The notes beneath the pieces were generated by a model. It made no database searches, was not told the origin of the DNA, and was given only the letters and a program-made list of their open reading frames with translations. A DNA stretch of 63,528 nt, counting the filler, from Octopus bimaculoides (Eukaryota): assembly GCF_001194135.2 (NCBI RefSeq). It is 5 parts of 5 records of this genome, joined end to end, with 100 filler letters (N's around TTAATTAATTAA, not from the genome) between each part and the next. Parts side by side here need not be neighbours in the genome. Positions count along the whole stretch, not along the records: positions 1 to 28,990 come from NC_068990.1; 4 more parts are not named here. One strand, 5' to 3'. Both the position numbers and the translations under genes were made by a program. Positions 12,709-23,725 of this stretch are shown piece after piece. How positions within the stretch are numbered: position 1 is the stretch's first letter; the number at the start of each line of letters is the position of its first letter.

Positions 12709-13220
12709 GTTGTTGTTCAGGACTCAGCTGCCCTGACTGATTTGACCTATGATGAAAGCATTCAAACTGTAACCATCTCATCTTTTATTACAGTATAGTA
12801 GTATATGTAGGACTACACTATTCAACGTCTTCTTCCTTCTTTCCTTCTTTTTTTTTTTTTTAGACTATGTGATTTGAGAAAAATAGGGTTGCTATTTCTT
12901 ACAGGCCAAGGCTTGATAAGGAGCAACTTAGTGAACTGACTGGGTTACTTAGCTAGCTCATTGTTTTAACCTCAAATAATAACAGGACAGTTTCTGGATA
13001 ACCTAATTACAATAAACAAACTGGCACCACATCTAACATGCATAAAGTTTATATATAATTGATTAGATCTGCTAGAAATAACAACTAAACTTCCTTACAT
13101 AAAACATTCTAATTAGACAATGTAGTCAAATATATACAAAAAGATGGGAGGCTCATAGTTGGAACACCTTTGATTATCAATCTGTTCAATCAAGACTGAC
13201 CTGGATTTGAAAAACAACAC
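12709..13220. mobile_element. Fold-back/MITE-like element with long imperfect inverted arms
   Basis: Left arm 12709-12905 aligns by eye to the reverse complement of 13071-13220 (gttgttgtt...gatt.ac.tatgat.aaag..ttc.aact...ccatct...gactaca.t.tc.aa...gttg.tatttct). Confidence 0.6.
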
Positions 13221-15385
13221 ACATTATACCATAAAAATTAGGAAAATGCTCAGTTATACTACAGAGGGTTTTTTAAGTAATATATAGAATATAACACAAC
13301 ATTAAAAAAATAAAATATAATGAAAATTCATATACAATGGAAAAATGGCAAAATTATTGTATAATACGAAGTTTACACACACACACACACACACAATTAT
13401 ATTATTAGCAAGACAAGAATTTTTGATTTGTGGAGATGAAAGGAAAAATAGTGATGTTGATGTGACACCAAAAGTCATTAGTTCATGCAGTTAATGAGGT
13501 TCTTTGAACTGGATATGAAAAATAGATCATGGACTCCATTTACTAATAACTTGGTGGTTAACCAACCAATCAAACCAATTTATGTTACAAATGAAAAATC
13601 TTTCAAAGAATCTAATGGGTAAAAAAAAACAAAAACAAAAAAAAAACAATACACTAACAAAATCACAAAATGTATTTTCATTCTCCACCAATCCCAAAGA
13701 TTAGTTTTTGAAGTGTTAGCACCAAATTCTAAACCACACCAACTTGTCACAGAAAAAGGTTATGGTAAACATTCTGGAGATTCTACACAATTTTTTTAGT
13801 TTGCTGTTGACATCCATTTATTTATTCTTTTTTCTTTAAAGCTGGTACAAGTGGGATGATTTTTAATGAAGCATTTGATCAGCTGTAACAGCTGAATTAT
13901 TAAATAAGCAACATTTGCCTTGACTAGCTTTAATATACAAATCAATGAATATGTGTAATTCTCTTTCTCCCCCACCACACCATGCCTCTTATCTTTATAA
14001 AAAAAACCTAACCTGTAGTACTTGTCATTGTCAACTTGCAAATGTAAAACCTGTTATCCTGAAGTAGGGGGAATTGCAAAATAATGGGTACTATATCCCC
14101 TTATTTTTACCAGCAATTAACCTCTAGCAACGGCTGTTGGTACCCTATTTTAACAATTTTCAACTATCAAGACAAATGATTTAATATAGAAGGATTGAAA
14201 TATGATGATGGAAACTTCATGGCTTATGGATCATGAGCTCAGTGTTAATGAATCTAATATTTGTTCCATTTACAAAGTGTGTGCAGAGGATTCATTTATC
14301 AGGGTTTTTTTTGGTTTTTTTGTAATCAAACCCCAATGATAACAAGGGTAGATGTATATGTAATCATATAATTCTAGCATTACTTGGATGGATTTTTTTC
14401 TTTTTTATTTAGGTTTCTGGTGTTTTTGTTGTCCTGAAAGATCTTGATAGTGAGATCTTTCCTTTGAGATGCTTGATTTTAGGGATGTTTCCTCCTCCTT
14501 CAAGTAAACTTGATGGTCTATCTTTTCCAGTGAAGAATGCACTCATCTCTGTTGTTTGTTAGGATCAGGAACCTCTGCACTTTTCTGTTCACTGCTTGTA
14601 TATTGATAGGCACAAGTGCACATAAAAATACACACCCTTGCAGCATAGTTATGTAAGCACAAATGATAGTCAATGCATTCTGGGTAGCTGAGAATTGTGG
14701 GTAGTTGCTGGGCTGTTTTTGCAGTACAAGCAATCTTTAACTGATCACTAACAAGTGTTTTCACAGATTAATCATGATAAGCATAATACTGTTCATAATT
14801 AAGCATGCCATGTTATCCTGAATTAATGATAAATGAATCAGTAATAAATGATGCTATATGTATAACATATATTGTCTTTCTAAAGACAGAAAAAACGATG
14901 GTAAAGTAAAAAACATTACCTAAGCAACAATGAAATACATTTACTGGTTCTAATTAGAGGAGCAATGACAAAGTCAGTATATGTATGGTAAAAAAAATAG
15001 AAACTCAAACTGATGAAAAATCAGAGACAAGACATATGCTTCGAACTGAAAAAAATTCAGTAAACCCAGAACAAACTTACCACAGCTGTCTTCACTGAAA
15101 TCTTTATTATAATTGAGCTTACATAAGTATATATATATGTAACTGAAACACTACTAGCCATTCCTTTTGCCACATATTATGCTCTCCCTAAGTATCTCAT
15201 ACCCCACACTATCCACTTACACCAATCTTGTTGAAAAAATGTGTGTGTGTGTATATGTGAGGAAGAGAGAGAGAGAGAAAGTTCGAAAGACAATCATCTG
15301 ATCTGCCTGCTGTATGACTGCATAACAATATTTCACCCCTACAAGGCAACAAATCTGTCAGTTGGTCTCAGCATCCACTATGGAA

Positions 15386-16398
15386 GCTTATACATCTGTT
15401 CCAACGATGGTCATGCACTATAACATTTTGCCCAGAGATCCCACGTAATTGGACATAATTTTTTTGTATGTAGAGTCTTCCATACTCATTTAATCTTTTT
15501 ATAAAAGTGAAAGCATTTTGTCTATTTCCACTGTCCACCTACAATGGTGATTCAATTGACTAGGAACACTGTACACTATGAATATCCAATACCAAACTAT
15601 CTTAATCTACATATTTAAACTGCATTAAACTTTGGCAAGCTTGCCTTCACCTATTCTGAGTTACTTGAAAGGTGATGTTCCCTTCCCACTCTTATATTTG
15701 TTGATACCTTTGTTTACCTTTGATACCGTTGTTTCACTTTAAGGATGCTTATTTACTCATCCATTATGATATTTCGGCTGTTGTCCATTGTTTCAAATAC
15801 ATTTTAGTACTGTCATTCTAGCCCTTTTTAAATAATCACATATGATCTGTCCCAAAGAACCAACTTTTAAATAATTTTTTTGCTTCCATTAGCGAAAGCT
15901 ATACGCATCTTTCAGAAAGCTGCATGCCAATTTAACTTTACGTGGCATTCGCTGTTAGTTTATGCACAGGCTAAGTAGGAAGACAGAATAAAGGGGCTTT
16001 ATCTCTCTGCAAAATAGCTCCCTTTGCTGTTGAATAAAATAAACTCGCAGAGGGGAAGTTTCAACGTCTTCCTTCAATTTCCTTACACCATTTATGTGGC
16101 TGTTTCTGACAAGAAATTTCGCTTTGATGTAAAACAACTATATTTTGTAGTCATTATCCATAATCTACTCCCAAAACACTTCAGTAGCTCTACTTTGCAT
16201 CACTTGCAAACTTTTATGTTCTATGATCATTAAAGTGCAATGACCTCCACAATAACCAGCCTTCAATTTGATTTTCCGTACCTAGGTTAATCGGAAACAT
16301 AGATGCTACTCATAAATCTTCTAGGGTAGTTCAATTATTTAGTGAAAAAATACCACCAAAGCAACTTAAACCGTCCAAAGGATGGGTGTGTTTGCTAG
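15386..16398 (+). mobile_element. Non-autonomous Helitron-like copy 1 (5' end uncertain)
   Basis: 3' end has the hairpin CCGTCC-AAA-GGATGG, then GTGTGTTTG-CTAG (16395-98). Internal blocks (gatggtcat.cactataacattttg.ccagag.tcccacgtaa; ttataaaagtgaaag.attttgtctattt) are shared with copy 2. Confidence 0.7.
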
Positions 16399-16984
16399 TC
16401 TAGTATATATAAACCACAGTATGTGTGTGTATATTGACTAATGCATACATTTCCACAGTTCTCAGCCGATTTTCACCAAACTTTACACACACATTACTTA
16501 TATGCCAAGGATGGTCATACACTATAACATTTTGTCCAGAGCTCCCACGTAAATGAACAAACTAGGGAAAACGGTGGTTTATACAGGTTTTTCTCTAATT
16601 CATTGTATGTACATAGTTTTCTTGTAAATAGGGTCTTCCATACGTTTTTAATCTCTATGGTCATATATTGGCATTAGAGACTATTTTTTTAGTGGTTTTC
16701 ACATTCTTTTGATTTATCATTATTTATATATTGTAATTGTGTATTATTACTTTGATGATGATGATGATGTACTGGTGTATATTGTTTGAGGGTTTGGGCA
16801 AGAGAATATTATAAAAGTGAAAGGATTTTGTCTATTTATTTATTTCGAGTGTATTCCATAATTTTTAAAATCTATATGGTTGTATACTTGCATTACAGAA
16901 TATTTTTTTTAGTTGTTTTCATATTTTTTTGATTTATTATTTATTTATATGTTAAACTGCCCAAAGGATGGGTGTGTTTGCTAG
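16399..16984 (+). mobile_element. Non-autonomous Helitron-like copy 2, both termini present (~586 bp)
   Basis: Starts TC(TAGTATATATAAA), contains CCGATTTTCACCAAACTTT, ends with the hairpin GCCCAAAGGATGGG plus TGTGTTTG-CTAG (16981-84), followed by T. These match canonical Helitron termini (5'-TC...CTRR-3'). Confidence 0.8.
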
Positions 16985-17094
16985 TATATTAATAAAATAC
17001 ACATTAAACAGTGTAGTCCTATAAGTCACTTAGTATCAATTTGCTATTCTTAGCACATCATCTTACTTGTTTATTATTATTATTGTAAATTTTG

Positions 17095-17156
<62 letters not shown>

Positions 17157-17994
17157 CAAACTTGGGGAAAAACATCTAGAGGATTTTATTTCTCCTAGTG
17201 TGTTGAAATTCCATTAAAATAAGTACATTCCTACCCCATAAAATCATAATATATGTATTGGAATACTGTATTATAAATAACACAAGGTATTCTTTTATTA
17301 CTTTACTGGCTTTAGTCATTGGATTGTTGCCATGCTGGGGCATTACCTTTCACAGAATAGTTCAGTCACTCATTGGTACTTATTTCATCTATCTTAAAAG
17401 GACCTATGAAGTGAATTGATCTCAGAACATAACAAAACATCAAAGGTATTTCTTTATTCAACACTTTACCAATTCTACCATCAGTCCACTATCGTATCAG
17501 ATATCCATTTTGTGTAAATAAACATTTTACATGCATTTTATTTTTACATGTAAACATACATAATCTTGCTATAAAGATTGCACTGGACTAACAGGAGTAA
17601 GTATTCAACAATGAGGCATTAAAGAGTCCCCTCTACTCTGTATCAGGTTTTATTACACACACACACACACACACACATGCATAGCTAATAAATATACTGT
17701 TATATACAGAATCCAACGTCACTTTGTTAGAGAAGTGATGGAGTGAATTATATGCTGCACCAGAGTATGTTGTATAATTCAGTCTTACACAGATGAATGC
17801 ATTTTGCATAAAACTGAATGGAAGATGCATGACTCAGTCTCAGGAGAATCTAAAGACTTCAACTCACAGTAGCCTCATTGCTAATCATACATTCTCATTA
17901 ACTTAGATTTTAACTTCAAGCAATCTTCTCAGCAAGATCAACTATATTTACATACACAAAATGGATTATATCATATGCTAGATAGTGTAATCAA

Positions 17995-18044
<50 letters not shown>

Positions 18045-20323
18045 AAATGGTTAGAGAATGTACCAATTGAAGAAGCTAATAGCAATGATGTACTATGGGT
18101 ATTGAAATGATATGTAATGAATACAAAATTAAATTGAATATCATTTCTTAAAAAGAAACATCAGGCTACAAGGCTACAGTGTAGAAAATACAAAATAAAC
18201 AGTAATAGTATATTCATGTGTCACACTTCAAACATACACTCTAGGTCAAAAATGCAGTGGATTTTATGCTGCTGGTGTTTATCCACTAGATCAACTGTGA
18301 TTGAACAAGTCTATAATGAATAGAATGAAGCCAGGGCTTTCTTGCCTTTTTAAGAGTTTCTACCTCTTTCTAGCGTAATGCATCTTTGCATTTTTAAGAT
18401 GCTATGGTTTGATTTGAAGAAGATTTAGCTGCTGTATTCCAGCAAGTCAAATAACAATAAGTAGGTCTGTTCTATTATAATGATAACTTATTTCAGAAAT
18501 TCAGACATAATTAATAGCTTCAAATAAACATTTAGACAAATTTTACATGATACTATTTAGAAGAATTTCTACATGCTATGAGAACTTGTAATTCTGCAAA
18601 CCTCTATCCCAAGAGTCCCCAATCCCTGAGCCAGAAACCAGAACTGAACTGTGGATAATTTGGTACTGGGTTGCAAAGAAAGAATAAATTTTAAAACTTT
18701 ATTCCTATTTAATTGATTTTTGCAATCTGCAAGGTGTTTTGTATTAGATATGTATTATATATGTAATAATTGAATTATATATAATGTACTTTATAGTGTT
18801 TTGTTTAGCACATGATCCTCCAGTTTGTGGAAAAATTGCCTTGCATTAAATTGGTCAGTAGTGCAAACAGGTTAGGGGATTGATGCTCTGTATGATTGCT
18901 CAGTTAGAAAAAGCAGTAAAAATCTTCTTTGAAGCACATCCCAAAATCTTAACAAAAGAGAAGGGCACATTTGATAATGAAAATCGTAGATAGCTCCTAA
19001 AAGATGGAGTGATCACAGCTAAAATGCTTTCAGTCATAAGCTTGATCAACCAGGGTTGATCTAAAGATAAAATAAACAACAAAAAGAGCAACAACAACCT
19101 TTTCATCTGAAAAAAAATATAGAGTCTATAAAAACAACAGAGATCAGTGAAGAATACATAAGAATATGATAGGTTTGTTTCTAACCAAATAATTAAAGAA
19201 TAAAGTGAATAAGAATAATCAATGTATTGATGTAATTATTGGCAAAAATGTTGTTTCCAAAAATACAATAAAAAAAAAGAAACTATTTTACAAACTTTTT
19301 ATCAGAGTGGTATAATATTTAAAAATAAAAACAATAGTAACAAATATAAGATTAATTTATTTGGTAAAGCAACTGGTAAAGACAATATATGTACTGTATG
19401 TATGTATGTATGTATGTATGTATACAAAATAAGAGATGGTTTTGGATCATCATGAATTCTAGCAAACACTGATTACTGAATAGTTAGCTGCACAACTGAT
19501 GAAGGAGAGAACGAGGGAAAGATAGTAAAAGAAGAGGGAGGGAAAGAGGAGGGGAGAACAAAAAAACTGCATAAATGCATGTGAAGTTACAGGCAAAAAT
19601 TGTCAAATTATAAAAGAGGAAACAATATTTTTATTGCAAATCTCAACGTCCCTTTCTCTTCTCCAAAGCTACATGTGCATGCGCACTCTTGCACTGACTA
19701 AATGAAAAAAAGATTACTTACTTTTGTGATAAAAATATTTTTATCACACACAAACAAAATCATACGAAATTTACTGCAATTCTCCTCCAGCAATTTTGTA
19801 ACTGACAATCACATTCTAGTCATTATTGAAGCAAACTATGAGAGTTGGTAGAAGGAAAGAGAGAGAGAGAGAGAAATCACAGTCAATTGCATCTTGCAGT
19901 GAGATTACATATCACCCCCATTAACTTTTAGATTGAACCAATAGATATTACATGAAGATTTATGTCTGCATACTACTATGGAGAGAGAGAGAGGGAAGGA
20001 GGGGGAGAGAAAAGCAGACAGCAAGAGAGAGAGAGAGGGGCAGAGAAAAGCAGATAGCGAGAGAGAGACAGAGAGGGAAGGAGACAGATAGATGAAAAGA
20101 CAGAGAAACAGACAAGAGAAGGGGAGGGAAAAACTGAGAAAGATTGACATGGAGAAGGAAAAACTGATCTAATCTTAGTCACATGAAAGATATGGTTTCT
20201 GTTTGAAGAGGTGTGTATGAAAGAGAGAGAGGGGGTGAGGAGGAAGAGGAAAACGAGGTGGAGTGTTCTTTAACTTTACTCCTGCAGGGTTGCTCTAATT
20301 TAATCCATCTTGCTTTTTTTCTT

Positions 20324-20358
<35 letters not shown>

Positions 20359-20608
20359 AAGATTGTCAGAAGTTTGGAAGCCATAAAACAAATGATTTAA
20401 AGAAACATAATAGAAGAGATTAAATACAACGAACAGAAAATGAAAAGAAGAGAAAAATTTCTTAGTATTATTATTGTTATTATTCAACAAGTTAAATTGA
20501 AACATATCCCACAAAGGAAACAAGTCATTTAACATAAACTGATATTTTAAACAGAAATTGTCTTGCAAACGTCAAAAGTCAAAACTTTTGAATTGTCATA
20601 TAGATGCA

Positions 20609-21167
20609 GGCACAGGTGTGGCGGTGTAGTTAAGAAGCTTGCCTCCCAGCCACATGGTTCTAGGTTCAGTTTAACTGTGTGGGACCTTGGGCAAGTGTCT
20701 TCTACAATAGCCCTGGACCAACCAAAATCTTGTGAGCAAATTCAGTAGACCGAAACTGAAAGAAGCCTATTGTATATGTGTGTGTGTGTGTATATATANN
20801 NNNNNNNNNNNNNNNNNNNNNNNNNNNNNNNNNNNNNNNNNNNNNNNNNNNNNNNNNNNNNNNNNNNNNNNNNNNNNNNNNNNNNNNNNNNNNNNNNNNN
20901 NNNNNNNNNNNNNNNNNNNNNNNNNNNNNNNNNNNNNNNNNNNNNNNNNNNNNNNNNNNNNNNNNNNNNNNNNNNNNNNNNNNNNNNNNNNNNNNNNNNN
21001 NNNNNNNNNNNNNNNNNNNNNNNNNNNNNNNNNNNNNNNNNNNNNNNNNNNNNNNNNNNNNNNNNNNNNNNNNNNNNNNNNNNNNNNNNNNNNNNNNNNN
21101 NNNNNNNNNNNNNNNNNNNNNNNNNNNNNNNNNNNNNNNNNNNNNNNNNNNNNNNNNNNNNNNNNNN

Positions 21168-21199
<32 letters not shown>

Positions 21200-21545
21200 G
21201 GCAGGCTTCTTTCAGTTTCCGTCTACCAAATCCACTCACAAGGCTTTGGTAGAGGCTATAGTAGAAGACACTTGCCCAAGGTGCCATGCAGTGGGACTGA
21301 ACCTGGAACCATGTGGTTAGTAAGCAAGCTACTTACCACACAGTCACTCCTGTGTGTAAAATGTGTTTCTGTTTTGTTCACCACCACCACTACTTGACAA
21401 CCATAGCAGTTTGGTATAAGAGACCAACAGAATAAGTACCAGGCTTTAAAAAATAAGTACTGGGGTTGATACATTCAACTAAGGCCATTCAAGGCAGTGC
21501 TCCAGCATGGTTGCAGTCCAATGACTGAAACAAGTAAAAGATAGA
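20609..21545 (+). mobile_element. Family-A CORE-like SINE (+), split by a gap and an inserted antisense SINE
   Basis: Head 20609-20772 (A/B-box-like, gaccttgggcaagtgtcttctac). 3' half resumes at about 21355-21545 (ttgacaacc...aataagtac...gtgctccagcatgg..gcagtc.aatgactgaaacaagtaaaag). Confidence 0.7.
21197..21354 (-). mobile_element. Family-A SINE 5' half, antisense, nested in the preceding copy
   Basis: ggcttctttcagtttccgtctaccaaatccactcacaaggctttggt...gacacttgcccaaggtgcc...accacacagtcactcctg matches the 46358-46785 copy. Confidence 0.85.
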
Positions 21546-21937
21546 GACACTAAACCATGGGCTTTCTTTTGGAAGAAAAATATGCGAGTAATATCTTTCT
21601 TGTATTAATTTTAAAAAAAATCTCATTGCTTTCATTAAAAAAAATTGATCTGTAAATGATCACTTAAGAAGAGAATAATGAAATATCAAAGATTAAATAA
21701 TGACTGAAGTCGATGTTTGAGCTTTTGAAGTAAGTCAATCTAGCCATGATTATTTACGATTTCATAGATATTTAACTTGGACTACATTATCAGTTGTGTC
21801 TTTTTTTAAAACAGAAGGTCCAACTAAAGACTTGTAAGTGGATTTGGTAGATGGAAAGTGAAAGAAGTCCATCACACACACACAAAGAAAAAAAGATGAC
21901 ACAGGAAAAACAATGATTATGTTATGAACTTCATTAT

Positions 21938-22012
21938 CTTACAGCTGTTTCTGCCATAAGATGCAGCAGACTCAGTTGAGTGCCTGAATAACATCCCATA
22001 GCTTCATCAGAG
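21938..22012 (-). ncRNA. Candidate type-I hammerhead ribozyme motif (Penelope-like/minimal type)
   Basis: Minus strand: CUGAUGA-A-[GCUAUGGGAUG...CAUCUUAUGGC; 11-bp stem II with G.U pairs]-A-GAAAC-AGCU-GUA. Helix III region is the palindrome ACAGCUGU. Stem I is weak (about 2 bp). Confidence 0.5.
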
Positions 22013-22166
22013 CCTCGAATGTGAAGGGCAATTTATTTGGGAAAAAATTACATTTGTGCAATATACAGGGAAGGCATTACCAGTGAGAAAGTCATTACTG
22101 ATGTATATAATGTATTGAGTTCTATACCAGGTTATTAGTCTCTCAAAAAACCCCCCCAAAAAACAC

Positions 22167-22214
<48 letters not shown>

Positions 22215-22293
22215 GTATACAGTATTACACATCCATTTTAGCCAATTTTACCAATTGGGTTTGCACTAGGTATTAAATAACTCAATAAAACAA

Positions 22294-22502
22294 GGTGTTG
22301 AGCTGGCAGAAACGTGAGCACGCCGGGCAAAATGCTTAGCGGTATTTCGTCTGTCTTTATGCTCTGAGTTCAAATTCCGCTGAGGTCGACTTTGCCTTTT
22401 GTTGTCAATAAATTAGGTACCAGTTGTGTACTACGGTCGATCTAATTGAGCGGCCCCTCCCCAAAAATTTCAGGCCTTGTGCCTAGAGTAGAAAAGAATA
22501 TT
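22294..22502 (+). mobile_element. Family-B tRNA-derived SINE, relatively young copy
   Basis: gagctggcagaaacgtgagcacgccggg...gagttcaaattccgctgaggtcgactttgcc...aaaatttcaggccttgtgcctagagtagaaaagaatatt; retains many CpGs. Confidence 0.8.
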
Positions 22503-22719
22503 AGATAACAGCACAGTTAACTAACACCACATACTCTTCAGAGATGGCAAGTAGGGGAAAAATATGGTAACTGCTCTGTTATTGGAGGTGAAAAATGTCA
22601 CATCTGCCTTGTGGGTGTTGTGAAAAGATAAAACAAATTGTGGGAGGTGAAATGAGCAAGGTATTTATCAAGATATATATATATAAGTGTGTGTGTGTGT
22701 GTGTACCTGTGCTTTTGTT

Positions 22720-22950
22720 TTGACATCACATGTTAGTTGTAAATGAGCGTGCAGACATACAAGTAGTGTCATTCATTTCCAATATACTGTGTAAACATGG
22801 CTGGCCATGGGGAAATATTACCTTGCTTGGAAACAGGTAATATTTCATGTTGGTAAACATGAAGGGCATTTGGCTAGAAAATCTAGCTCAATAAACTTCA
22901 TCTGACCCATGCAAGCATGGAAAAGTGAATGTTACAATGATGATGATAAT
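22720..22950 (+). mobile_element. Retroelement 3' end with (GAT)n tail
   Basis: Ends gacccatgcaagcatggaaaagtgaatgttacaatgatgatgat; a second short copy lies at 23175-23228. Confidence 0.55.
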
Positions 22951-23330
22951 GACAGGGCATAATTTTGAGGGAAATTATACTCTATCATTTCGAGAGAAAC
23001 TTAGCTGTTATTTCTTGCCGACCAAATGACTCATAGAGGTTCCCTTGCAAGTTTCTTGCGATGCTTTCTTACTTAAGACACAACTACATACATGTAGAAT
23101 AAGAGGAAGTGAGGTATGACAGACATATCTTTCTCAAAGCTGCTAGTAGTGTAAGTGAAATTGATACAAATATGGCCCATACAACACATGCCAGCATGGA
23201 AAACAGATATTAAAGGATGATGATGATGCCCTAGGAAAAAATACCATAATATTCTGCATTCTAAATATGGCAGGGTCTAACATATGTAATATAGTGAGTT
23301 AAACAAATTTTCATCAAATGGATATTATAT

Positions 23331-23495
23331 GCACAGGCATGGTTGCGTAGTTAAGAATCTTTGCAGTCACATGGTTTTAGATTCAGTCTCACTGCATGAC
23401 ACCTAGGGCAAGTGTCTTCTACTATAGCACTGAGCCAACCAATGACTAGTGATCAGATTTGGTAGACAGAAATTGTATGGAAGCCCATCATGTGC

Positions 23496-23533
<38 letters not shown>

Positions 23534-23725
23534 ATGTTCCATCAATTCATAACTGGTGGTGGTTTGTTTACCTCCCTGTGTCTTAGTGGTTCAGAAAAAG
23601 AGACTGATAGAATAAGGACAAAACTTAAAAATTAAGTACTAGGGTCAATTTCTTTGACTAAACCCTCCAAGGCAATACCCCAGCATGGCTACCATCCAAT
23701 GACTGAAAAAATTAAACGATGAAAG
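23331..23725 (+). mobile_element. Family-A SINE, full length, decayed
   Basis: Head, cacctagggcaagtgtcttctactatagc, central (TG)n and 3' cccagcatggct...aatgactgaaa are all present. Confidence 0.8.

Noticed and set aside
13975-14065. ORF fragment MQVDNDKYY resembling SMAP exon-1 DNKYC
   Set aside because: Lacks the CxxC and the upstream SMAP N-terminus.
15081-15094. 14-nt TTTCAG|...|GTAAGT micro-exon candidate on the minus strand
   Set aside because: No polypyrimidine tract, and its phase is incompatible with the SMAP exon. Such matches are expected by chance.
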